Of a stretch of 57,991 bases of DNA, positions 18,107-26,062 are shown piece by piece (the stretch's first letter is position 1; the number at the start of each line of letters is the position of its first letter). Origin of the DNA: a virus (lineage: Duplodnaviria > Caudoviricetes); IMG/VR virus record IMGVR_UViG_3300046780_000140, positions 1-57,991 of that record; one strand, written 5' to 3'. The notes under the pieces were generated by a model that worked only from the letters and a program-made list of their open reading frames with translations, was not told where the DNA came from and made no database searches. The position numbers and the translations under genes were made by a program.

Positions 18107-18172
18107 ATCAGCACGTCCTTCCGTGTTGGTCACGCCCTCGGCAGACCCAATCTGCGCGAGGGCATCATCTTA
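18107..18172 (-). promoter_or_regulatory. -10 box plus structured leader
   Basis: TAAGAT (18172-18167), hairpin 18134-18163, then CACG-GAAGGA-CGTG hairpin enclosing the SD. Confidence 0.6.
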
Positions 18173-18231
18173 CCTCATAATCAGTCCGTCCGAGGCAGAT
18201 CAGTGTGAGGCCGCCCGCGAACCTGGATGCC

Positions 18232-18406
18232 GGATGGTTCTCGGTTCGGATCAGGTCCGAGGTCAGGTGTCTTGTCACCGGGAGAACGCCGAGCGGTGAT
18301 AGCCCCTGGACTGCGGGCCGGCGCAACCTGCGCCTCGGAGAGCAACCGTTCTCGGGGTAGATGGCCCCGACAAACCTTCGGACCTGATCGAAACTGAGAA
18401 TCATCC
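18232..18406 (+). ncRNA. Putative long structured RNA
   Basis: About 30-bp imperfect closing stem with nested stems; G-U pairs favour the plus strand. Confidence 0.45.
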
Positions 18407-18451
18407 TACTTTGCTTCGTCGGATAGTTGCACGTCCGACGCTCCCGCAGGA

Positions 18452-18859
18452 TCAGATGTTGGCGCGGTGTCCAGCCAACAGGAGCGCCGCCTTCGGTGCC
18501 AGTTCAATGACGACATCACCGTGGCAGGGATCATCAAGGCCACACCAGCAACCCACGTCATGCCCGTCAGCCGCTGCCATCATTTCCACATCCCGAAGCC
18601 AATGCGATAGTTCACCCAGATCTTCGGGGCGGGACAGGCGGTATTTCCATTCCCATCGGTACATTTCGACGGCCATCGGTGCCGTCAGGGTGAGGCCCGG
18701 AATGTCATACCTAAGGCCGTCCACTTGGATGCCTGACACTTGGACCAGCGACCCGACCTTGAACATATTGCCGAGAGGTGACGGACGGGACACGACAATG
18801 CACCCTTCCGGTTTCCGCCATCCGGCCGTCCGCCGCAACTGAATCCGTCTCGGGGTCAC
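18452..18859 (-). CDS. DUF4326 family protein
   Basis: PRRIQLRRTAGWRKP..VVSRPSPLGNMF, GHDVGCWC...CHGDV. Confidence 0.85.
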   Translation of the reverse strand: MTPRRIQLRRTAGWRKPEGCIVVSRPSPLGNMFKVGSLVQVSGIQVDGLRYDIPGLTLTAPMAVEMYRWEWKYRLSRPEDLGELSHWLRDVEMMAAADGHDVGCWCGLDDPCHGDVVIELAPKAALLLAGHRANI

Positions 18860-19428
18860 AACCCGTACCCTAGCCTTTCCCTGCGATCTTCTCTCCACAT
18901 GGCACGCTCCCGCCGATGATCGTTCGCCTCCATCTCATCGGCCAAACCGAGGCCGTCAACAGGTTTCGGGACACGGGCCCGTGTCACCTTCGGGGAGATG
19001 TCACGGATCGCCCCCACATCCTTGCGGGCCGGTTTCACGACGACGGGAATCGGTGGCGTGTGACCGTGCTTCCCTGCCTGCTCGACAGACGCATGGAACG
19101 GGGCAGGACGTGGCTTCGCGTTCGGGTTCAACGCTATCAACCGCGCCCGCTGCCATGACTTCCAGCATGTCGGACACAACGCTAGGGCCGACAGCAACGC
19201 CTCGTTGCGCCGTTCCGCGCCCCAACACCAGACACCTTTCGGTAGCGGGTGACCCGGTTGCCCTACCGCACCGATGGATGGGAGTCCACAGATGCATGGG
19301 TGCGCCGTGAACCATTCCTTGCGGTTGCGGGCGACGTTCGATTTCACCCGACCAGCGCTCCCGCTCGGATCAGTTTCGCCTGACGGTCGTAGAGCACGAC
19401 GGTTCCCGCTGCGGAGACATTCAAACAA
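18856..19428 (-). CDS. Hypothetical protein (true start probably GTG near 19347)
   Basis: WF..HPCICG...LCPTC motifs; coupled to neighbours. Confidence 0.5.
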   Translation of the reverse strand: MFECLRSGNRRALRPSGETDPSGSAGRVKSNVARNRKEWFTAHPCICGLPSIGAVGQPGHPLPKGVWCWGAERRNEALLSALALCPTCWKSWQRARLIALNPNAKPRPAPFHASVEQAGKHGHTPPIPVVVKPARKDVGAIRDISPKVTRARVPKPVDGLGLADEMEANDHRRERAMWREDRRERLGYGL

Positions 19429-19826
19429 TAGGCAGACTCAAACGAGATGACGGACTGGCACAATGCCTGCGCCCCAGCGGAGAGTGAGCCGTCCTCCGGG
19501 CCAAGCAGGTAGATAGCCCGAGGCGGGTGCGTGAACATTTCCAGTGGCTCGGCACCATCGGCCAGTTCTACTCCGACGAGTGGAACGTCCATCGGCCGGT
19601 GCTCGTTGAAATCGGTCACGTCCGTGTAGGTGAACATCGGTATCTGCTGCCAGGACTTCACGGTGTCCGACGCCTGCCGGGAATATCGGGGACCGATGAC
19701 GAAGATGAAGTCGGCGCCGAGACAGACAGCGGAACGCCAGAGGGTGCCGATATTGGCGGGCGTCTTGGAACGTTCGATCCCGATGGCACAGAACCCTCGG
19801 GCCTTGACTTGCGTTCGTCGGCTCAC
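19344..19826 (-). CDS. SPOUT RNA methyltransferase (SpoU/TrmH family)
   Basis: KTPANIGTLWRSA, YLLGPEDGSL, CLNVSAAGTVVLYDR. Confidence 0.9.
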   Translation of the reverse strand: MSRRTQVKARGFCAIGIERSKTPANIGTLWRSAVCLGADFIFVIGPRYSRQASDTVKSWQQIPMFTYTDVTDFNEHRPMDVPLVGVELADGAEPLEMFTHPPRAIYLLGPEDGSLSAGAQALCQSVISFESAYCLNVSAAGTVVLYDRQAKLIRAGALVG

Positions 19827-20207
19827 AGAAGACGCTCGGATTCGGCTTGAGCCGCCGCGGACTCGGCACGCTTGACCGCCTTCTCAAGCGCCGCGGACAT
19901 GGTGGGAGCGCCCGCCCCAAGCGCGTCGGCCCGTTGGTATTTGCGCCAGAAGGAAACGCCGCACCACGTAGCCGTTACCTCCATTTCGACGCAGTGATAG
20001 CCGAGAGCATAGAGCCTGACGAGGCATTCCTCGACGCTCACCCGATGACCTCACGCCCGCACTCGACCACGCGCCGCTGGCTCGCATCGTATGATTCCCA
20101 TTTGATCGCCAACCGTTCCAGCGCTTCGGGCGATAGCACCGCCTCGGGTGCGTCCGCAGCGTCACGCCAGCGGAAAGCGTCTGGCAAGGCCATGCCAGGA
20201 AGGTCGC

Positions 20208-20660
20208 TCACCGGTTGATCTTGCTGTCGTAATGCTGGCCGGGATTCAGCGCATACACCCACGGCTTGACGTTCACCCGATGCGTCTTGCCTTTGTTGTC
20301 CATGACGGACAGGAACCAGGCGTCGTCGGCGTGCAAGGTTTGTGGACCGTAGATCGGGATCAGGTTCGTTATCGGAACGCAGGATGTGAAGGTGCCCATC
20401 GTGGAGCATGACTCGGTGATCTGCGGGTAGTAGGCGATGATCCCAACCGTTTCGTAGTCGTGTGCGGGCACGAACTGTTTGCTTGTCACCGTCCCGCTCC
20501 CTTGCCACGGGTGCGAGCACGCGGTCAATAGAAGGACCCCGAGCAGGAGAACGACACCGCGCCAATATCTGATCCTGCGGGAGCTGAGCGATATTTCCGC
20601 GAGTCGAAGCAAGGGAAAGGTGTCGTCTTTCACCGATTTTCCCCCATCCCCGGTGTCCAC
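20208..20660 (-). CDS. Putative lipoprotein
   Basis: Lipobox LLLTAC after hydrophobic stretch; GTVTSKQFVPAH. Confidence 0.65.
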   Translation of the reverse strand: MDTGDGGKSVKDDTFPLLRLAEISLSSRRIRYWRGVVLLLGVLLLTACSHPWQGSGTVTSKQFVPAHDYETVGIIAYYPQITESCSTMGTFTSCVPITNLIPIYGPQTLHADDAWFLSVMDNKGKTHRVNVKPWVYALNPGQHYDSKINR

Positions 20661-21164
20661 GGGTCCGCTGGCTCAGGGATCAGACCAACCTTCTCCGCCA
20701 CCCACAGAACGCCGGCAACCGCTGCCGCGAATGGGAGCAGGAAGAACGCGGCGACGGTCGGTCTGAACGTGGCGATACCCAAGTGGTCGCGGTCAGGCAT
20801 CGGAATCTCCGAGCGCTTGGCGGATGGCTCGTTCCGTCGGACACGGCCACGTCAGTTGGTCGTGGGCACAGGTTCCGGGCCAAGGCGGGCGCTTGATCTG
20901 ATAGTGGATTCTTCGCACGGCATCCATAGCCGCCGCACACGCCGTCAGATAGAAGTCCACGCCATTCTCAGCCATTCCCGGCCCCCTCTTTGATCGCCTG
21001 TTGGCGTCGTGCTATCTCGGTGCGGAGGTCCGCAAGGATTCGGTCCCCGTCCTCATCATCCGGCCACGGTTGGAACTCGTCGGCGCATGCGATCAGGTCA
21101 GCCAACGATGAGTTCACCCAATACGACGGGCCTTCGTGTCGGCGCTCCAGGTCGGCGGTGTCGG

Positions 21165-21725
21165 TCATCGGATGCCACCCTTCAGGCGTTCCAACCGCTT
21201 GCGGTCCGCGCTGATCCGACCACCGAGGTTCGACAGGTGGTACGGCGGGAATCTGCCGTCCGGGCGCAGGTGTCCGACTTGAGCTCCAACCACCAGATCG
21301 TGACGCTGGCTGTCGTCCAACACGCTCGGGTCCGGTGCACCTTTCCGGCATGAGGCGTTGTACGCCTTCAGGCGGTCCCGTGCCGCGTCCAATAGGGCGA
21401 TGCGGGCCTCCAGCGCTTCGATGGCGTCAGGGTCGTCGCTGAAGATCGAGGCGTCGGTGGCGGCTTCAATGTTCCGGGCCTTCGACGCCATCGACCGGGC
21501 TTTCGCACCGTTCTCGTATGCCCGGTCCTGTGCGCCACGGATCCGGTTGCGGTAGCCGCGGTCGGCGCCGTAGGAGTAGTGGTCCGGCATCATCGGCTGG
21601 CCGAACGGGATCATGGCAGCCATGTCGTGCGCCTTCTTGTCGAGCGCCTCGGCTTTCACTTCCCGTTTCTCGGACCATTCCCGCAGACGGGCGGCGCGGG
21701 CCTCGCGATGTTCTCGGGTGGTCAT
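21165..21725 (-). CDS. DUF3560 family protein
   Basis: IPFGQPMMPDHYS..DRGYRNRI, IFSDDPDAIEALEARI, YHLSNLGGRI. Confidence 0.88.
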   Translation of the reverse strand: MTTREHREARAARLREWSEKREVKAEALDKKAHDMAAMIPFGQPMMPDHYSYGADRGYRNRIRGAQDRAYENGAKARSMASKARNIEAATDASIFSDDPDAIEALEARIALLDAARDRLKAYNASCRKGAPDPSVLDDSQRHDLVVGAQVGHLRPDGRFPPYHLSNLGGRISADRKRLERLKGGIR

Positions 21726-22216
21726 CGCTGGCCCACGTCCGTTAGATTTGGGCGGGCGAACGATCCCCAAGTTTCTACAGCGGCCACATCGTAGGCTCGT
21801 GCGGCTGATTCCTCCGTTATGAACACACCAAGATGTTGCTGCTTACCATTGATGACAATGTACGCAACCCACTTGTCTATCTTGGTCGCAAAGCAAACCC
21901 CCTTGTAGCGCGACGAGCATCCAGCACGCTTTCGTTTGTTCACTTGATTCTGTTGATGAGTTGCGATTCGCAGATTACTGCGCCGGTTATTTAGACCGTC
22001 GCTATCGCGATGATCGACCTCCAGCCCATTGGGAGCACCCATTATCAAGCGATGCATGTACAACGTAGGAGTTGCACCCTTGGCCGTGGCGTAGGAGATC
22101 GGATTCGCTGATGAGGCAGCGGCATACGAATGGACCACCCACTGGTATGCCGACACTATTCCTTCGTCCGCTTCATCGATTGCCACATCTGGTCCATTGA
22201 CAGATTCAATAACCAC
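21722..22216 (-). CDS. HNH-AP2 homing endonuclease
   Basis: YMHRLI, VDHRDSDGLNNRRSNLR, SSRYKGV, HLGVF..EESAARAYD. Confidence 0.92.
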   Translation of the reverse strand: MVIESVNGPDVAIDEADEGIVSAYQWVVHSYAAASSANPISYATAKGATPTLYMHRLIMGAPNGLEVDHRDSDGLNNRRSNLRIATHQQNQVNKRKRAGCSSRYKGVCFATKIDKWVAYIVINGKQQHLGVFITEESAARAYDVAAVETWGSFARPNLTDVGQR

Positions 22217-22461
22217 GGGTAATTACCAAACCTTGATCGAGAACGAGAGGCGGATCGGCAGTTCGCCGTCCTGGTATTCCCAGCACACACCGTCCGGCCC
22301 GGAATCGTTCTCCCGCTGATCCGCTGCCTCTTGAATCCGGCAGGACCGGCACAGTTGGCCGCGCTTGGCAACGCCGTTACCGCACCCTGGGCAGAGAGCC
22401 TTCGGGGTGGAGAGGAAGCGGGCGAAGTCGTCGGGGTTGTCGGGGTAGGAGTGAGCATCCA

Positions 22462-23049
22462 TCACGACGACACTCCAACGAACTTGGAACGCCAGTCGGC
22501 AGCGAACTTGTGGAAGATCGAATGGATGGCTCCGACCGTCGAGAGGTTCGACAACCCTTGGCCGATCAGGTACCGAGCGAAGTTGTCGCTGTCCTCACCG
22601 TCGAAGTCCTCGCCAACATTGACGTCAGCAACAAAACCGCGGGCATTGAAAGCGCCGATGATCGCCTCCGTGAACATGAACACTCCGACATGATCGGAGG
22701 GGTCGGCTATCGCCTCCATCCAGTCGATGACCGCCGCCACGTCAGAGAAATCCAGCGTCGGCAGTTCGGCCATCAGCCGATCCGCGGTCGCTTGTTCGGA
22801 CGCTCGGCGCGCCTCAGCATCCGCCGCGGCCTTGATGCCAGCGGGCGACTCCCGGTACGTCGCTGCGGCTCGGTCCATTTCGGACTGCCAGAACTGCATC
22901 AGGAGATTCGGGTCCATCCCCGGTTCCGCGATGAGTCCGACCCCGTTGAACTCGGCTTGCACCAAATCGCCCGTGGCGACCGCCATCGCGATCATCTTGC
23001 GAATGGTGCTGTCGATAGATGAACCCACCATCACCTTGAATTCGACCAT
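22462..23049 (-). CDS. Hypothetical phage protein
   Basis: 195-aa ORF with RBS, in the minus-strand operon. Confidence 0.7.
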   Translation of the reverse strand: MVEFKVMVGSSIDSTIRKMIAMAVATGDLVQAEFNGVGLIAEPGMDPNLLMQFWQSEMDRAAATYRESPAGIKAAADAEARRASEQATADRLMAELPTLDFSDVAAVIDWMEAIADPSDHVGVFMFTEAIIGAFNARGFVADVNVGEDFDGEDSDNFARYLIGQGLSNLSTVGAIHSIFHKFAADWRSKFVGVSS

Positions 23050-23248
23050 TTCTACATCCCCCTTCGTCCGAAAGGATCAGCATGGTGCCGATCCCAGGTG
23101 TGTCTGCATGCACCCACACAACCCGTGCAGCGGCCGTCGTCCTCGGGGTCCGAGGTGTGGTACCGCTCACCGCAAATCTGGCAGGTGCGGGCCGCCTCGG
23201 CGTCCTGCGAGTTGGTCACGGTGTGACCAGTTGGAGCGGCGTCAGCGC

Positions 23249-23485
23249 TCACTTCGCACCTTCCAGCGCCCGCCGAGCCATCCGTGCTGCCACCCGCGCC
23301 GCCTTGAGTTCTTGCAGCAAGGCGAGCCGCACGGCCTCATGTTCCTCAAACGTCATGGCCGCGGCCACAGCGGTATAACTCGTATCGACTCGATCTTGGC
23401 AAGCCCAGCACCGTCCAGCATCGGTTCGGGCGAACATTGCGAGGTATCCGCTTCCCCCACACTTCTTGCAGGTGCTCGGTGCCAT
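23249..23485 (-). CDS. Small Zn-finger protein (leaderless)
   Basis: CKKCGGSG...GRCWAC; ATG lies 7 nt after -10. Confidence 0.7.
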   Translation of the reverse strand: MAPSTCKKCGGSGYLAMFARTDAGRCWACQDRVDTSYTAVAAAMTFEEHEAVRLALLQELKAARVAARMARRALEGAK

Positions 23486-23492
23486 GCCTCAG

Positions 23493-23530
23493 ACACTACA
23501 CCCCTAGCGCCCGACCGTCAAGTCCCTATC
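23493..23530 (-). promoter_or_regulatory. sigmaA-type promoter, copy 2 of the repeated promoter
   Basis: GATAGGGAC-TTGACG-gtcgggcgctaggggtg(17)-TAGTGT-7 nt-ATG. Confidence 0.8.
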
Positions 23531-23781
23531 TCTGCCCCTTGGATGAACGGGGGATCGCCTCGGCGGGCGGGTGGGGAACGTAGCCGAGGAACGCCATACA
23601 CGAGCATCCGTCGACCGGACCCCACGACGGGCAGCGGTTCTTGTAGCCCGCATGGTGCTCACAGGGGAAGTTGATCGGCGGTCCATCGGTCCACCAGTAG
23701 TCGATCTTGCATCCGCAGGCATCGCAGACGAGAAAGGGGTCGGCAGGGGTGATCCTCGTGTGGGTCCGTGTCGCCATCGGA

Positions 23782-24528
23782 CTAGACAGGAACGCCAGGC
23801 AGGTTCGGGGCCGCGTTCGTCCATGCCGTCCAGGCGGCACCCGGCTGCGGCTGCCACGTCGTCCACAGGGACACGGACCCGTCCGCGGCTTTCGTGAGCA
23901 CGTAGGCGGCTGCGACCATACCCTCCTTACCTTCCGGTGGCGGGGTCGGGTTCGGGATGGTGGTGACGACAAGAGAGGACAAGTCTGCTCCTTCAGGGGG
24001 TTGCGGTTGAGTCGGGGGAACGGGCGGGGTGACGCCTTGGGCCAGATCGAGGATGTGCTGCCGCTGCGCCTTGCGAAGATCGCCAGGGCAGTTGGGGTGA
24101 CCTCCCCAACCAGAATGACCGTTGCTGTCGCCCATGCCGTGCCAACCGAAACCAGGGGTTCCTGGGGCATCTGAGAGGGTGTACGGCCAGCCGTAGGTGT
24201 CGTGTCCCCAGCGGTATAACGCGGCGATGGTCTGGCAAGCCAGTTCTGTCAGCGGTTCGTTCGGGAAGCCTTGAGTGCCGACCGAGTTGTAGGTGGAGTT
24301 GCCGGCGGCTTGCGCCCAAGCTCGGGCCGCGGCGTCACAGAACTGGTCGAGCGCCCCGTCCTTGTAGGCCACCCAGGTGTACGACGCTTGCGATGCCGGA
24401 TTGTTGAACTCAGCGCCGAGGTCGTTGTTTCCGACCTGTACATGCAAGACGAGTCCGAGATGCGCCGACATGGTGCCCGACTGGTTTGTGCAGGGTCGCC
24501 AGTTCGCTCCTGGGTAAAGAGTGGTCAT
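23782..24528 (-). CDS. Endolysin, N-acetylmuramoyl-L-alanine amidase (Amidase_2-like)
   Basis: LVLHVQ, AWAQAAGN, GFGWH, HPNCPG; Pro-rich linker. Confidence 0.85.
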   Translation of the reverse strand: MTTLYPGANWRPCTNQSGTMSAHLGLVLHVQVGNNDLGAEFNNPASQASYTWVAYKDGALDQFCDAAARAWAQAAGNSTYNSVGTQGFPNEPLTELACQTIAALYRWGHDTYGWPYTLSDAPGTPGFGWHGMGDSNGHSGWGGHPNCPGDLRKAQRQHILDLAQGVTPPVPPTQPQPPEGADLSSLVVTTIPNPTPPPEGKEGMVAAAYVLTKAADGSVSLWTTWQPQPGAAWTAWTNAAPNLPGVPV

Positions 24529-24686
24529 CGCCTCTCAGCGTACCCGTCGTAGACGAACGTGCGGGGGATTCGGTGTCGTTGACGCCTCACGATGGGGGCG
24601 AAGGTTGGCAGTCGGAACGGTTGCCGTGGAGAAGCCAGGGCGACTAGTCCGTGACCCCGGACCTCTGACTAGAACCGGCGGATTGT

Positions 24687-25253
24687 TCAGATCTTCAAGA
24701 CCCAGATTCCGCCCGTCTTGAAGTAGATGTGGCCGTCCACGCCGAACGCCCAATCGTTGTCATCTCCCGCTCCCGATGTTGCGTCGTCTATGACAATCAC
24801 GCTCACATCGGTATTAGTGACATCCGAGAGGAAATGAAACGAGAAGGGATTGGTCGGACACATGAAGTTCATGGTTCGACAAATAACTGACTGGCTAACA
24901 GTATTTACTTCAAAGTGCCCGCTGGCTCCAGTCACAGCAAAGTCAACCTCTGAACCGCTAAACGTAATGTCTACGGTGGCTGTGTTGTCTGCGTTGTGAA
25001 TGTGAAGTGGGATGTCGTCAGTGACGACCTCAACCCCAGTGGTCAAGATGCCGCTGATAGGCGTCTGGTTTGGCCCCGACAGCGTGAGTTGACCACCGTT
25101 CACGAACAACCCGGCCGGGTTGTCGCTATTGAAAGGGTCGAAGGTGCCGTCCGAGAAGGCGAATCCCACAAGTCCGTCGTAACTGTCCGTCATCAGAAGC
25201 ATCCGAGGGAACGCTTCTCCCTCGAAGGCGATCGCGAGGGCGCTCGTCGGCAT
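24687..25253 (-). CDS. Putative tail fibre or virion protein, C-terminal part
   Basis: Beta-rich, ends DWAFGVDGHIYFKTGGIW; no RBS, may be a frameshifted continuation of the upstream ORF. Confidence 0.5.
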   Translation of the reverse strand: MPTSALAIAFEGEAFPRMLLMTDSYDGLVGFAFSDGTFDPFNSDNPAGLFVNGGQLTLSGPNQTPISGILTTGVEVVTDDIPLHIHNADNTATVDITFSGSEVDFAVTGASGHFEVNTVSQSVICRTMNFMCPTNPFSFHFLSDVTNTDVSVIVIDDATSGAGDDNDWAFGVDGHIYFKTGGIWVLKI

Positions 25254-25753
25254 GTTGGCCGGGATAACGAGAGTGGTGATCTTGCTAGCGAGCCCTCGAT
25301 CCCCGAGTTGGCAGCGATCGTGTCGTCGTAGGTGGTCGCATCATCGACGATCCCTGCCTGCTGTGACGCTAGTGGGACGCTCTGACCGGAACCGCCCCCG
25401 TTTGCAGTCCACCCGACATCACCGTCTGCTGACGACAGTTTGGCGGGGATCTGGCCGACAGTGCCACCGGGCGGGAGTCCCGCTGCGTACTCAGCGGCAT
25501 CGGGGGTCACCGTCACACTGGTGGTGAAACCCGCGACCACCACGTCATAGACGCCAGGGTCGGCAAACATCGTGTACCGCCCGTCGCCGCCGGACGTGAC
25601 CGGGTTGGTGACAGTGAACGCCTTCGTCCGATTGAGGTACAACGTGGCTGCGCCCCCGCCGTGCACGTTGACGAGGACGGCGGTGAACGGGGCCGCACCC
25701 CTGGAACCAGAGTCGGCCACACCCGTGTACTTGCCTGCGAAAGTTGATGCCAT
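25193..25753 (-). CDS. Putative tail fibre or virion protein, N-terminal part
   Basis: NPVTSGGDGRYTMFADPGVYDV; LPPGGTVGQIPAKLSSADGDVGW motif seen in tail fibres; GGAGG RBS. Confidence 0.65.
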   Translation of the reverse strand: MASTFAGKYTGVADSGSRGAAPFTAVLVNVHGGGAATLYLNRTKAFTVTNPVTSGGDGRYTMFADPGVYDVVVAGFTTSVTVTPDAAEYAAGLPPGGTVGQIPAKLSSADGDVGWTANGGGSGQSVPLASQQAGIVDDATTYDDTIAANSGIEGSLARSPLSLSRPTCRRAPSRSPSREKRSLGCF

Positions 25754-25960
25754 CTCTATCCTCCGCTGGGCGGGCTCAATCCTTGGGACAGCCTACTAGC
25801 CGCCCACGTCCACGTCGGTGACCCCCTCAACCTCATGGTATGCTCCGTGAACGAGTCGTCGCGTATCTCCTTACGTGGTGGCGTTGCCCCGAGGTCGCTC
25901 GATACGGCCTCGGGGCCTTTCGGTGGTCCGTCATGTGCAGTCGGTGATCGGGCCAGACGC

Positions 25961-26005
25961 GACAAAGCCGCTCACCGAACCCCTCTTTGGAGGTCGGTGA
26001 GCGGC
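25961..26005 (-). terminator. Intrinsic terminator-like hairpin after the minor tail gene
   Basis: GCCGCTCACCGA...TCGGTGAGCGGC 12-bp stem followed by TTTG on the minus strand. Confidence 0.6.
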
Positions 26006-26062
26006 CGGAGCGCGTGATGGATGGAGGGTCTATTCAGACGATGCGAAGCAGTCCGAGGATCA

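Noticed and set aside
17159-18208. 349-aa plus-strand ORF with P/H/T-rich N-terminus
   Set aside because: Antisense shadow of the RAMP-like gene and the pentamer array; the repetitive peptide is a by-product of the 5-nt period
25756-25965. 69-aa ORF or riboswitch upstream of the fibre gene
   Set aside because: Only generic GC-rich hairpins and a possible TACCAT -10; no recognisable motif
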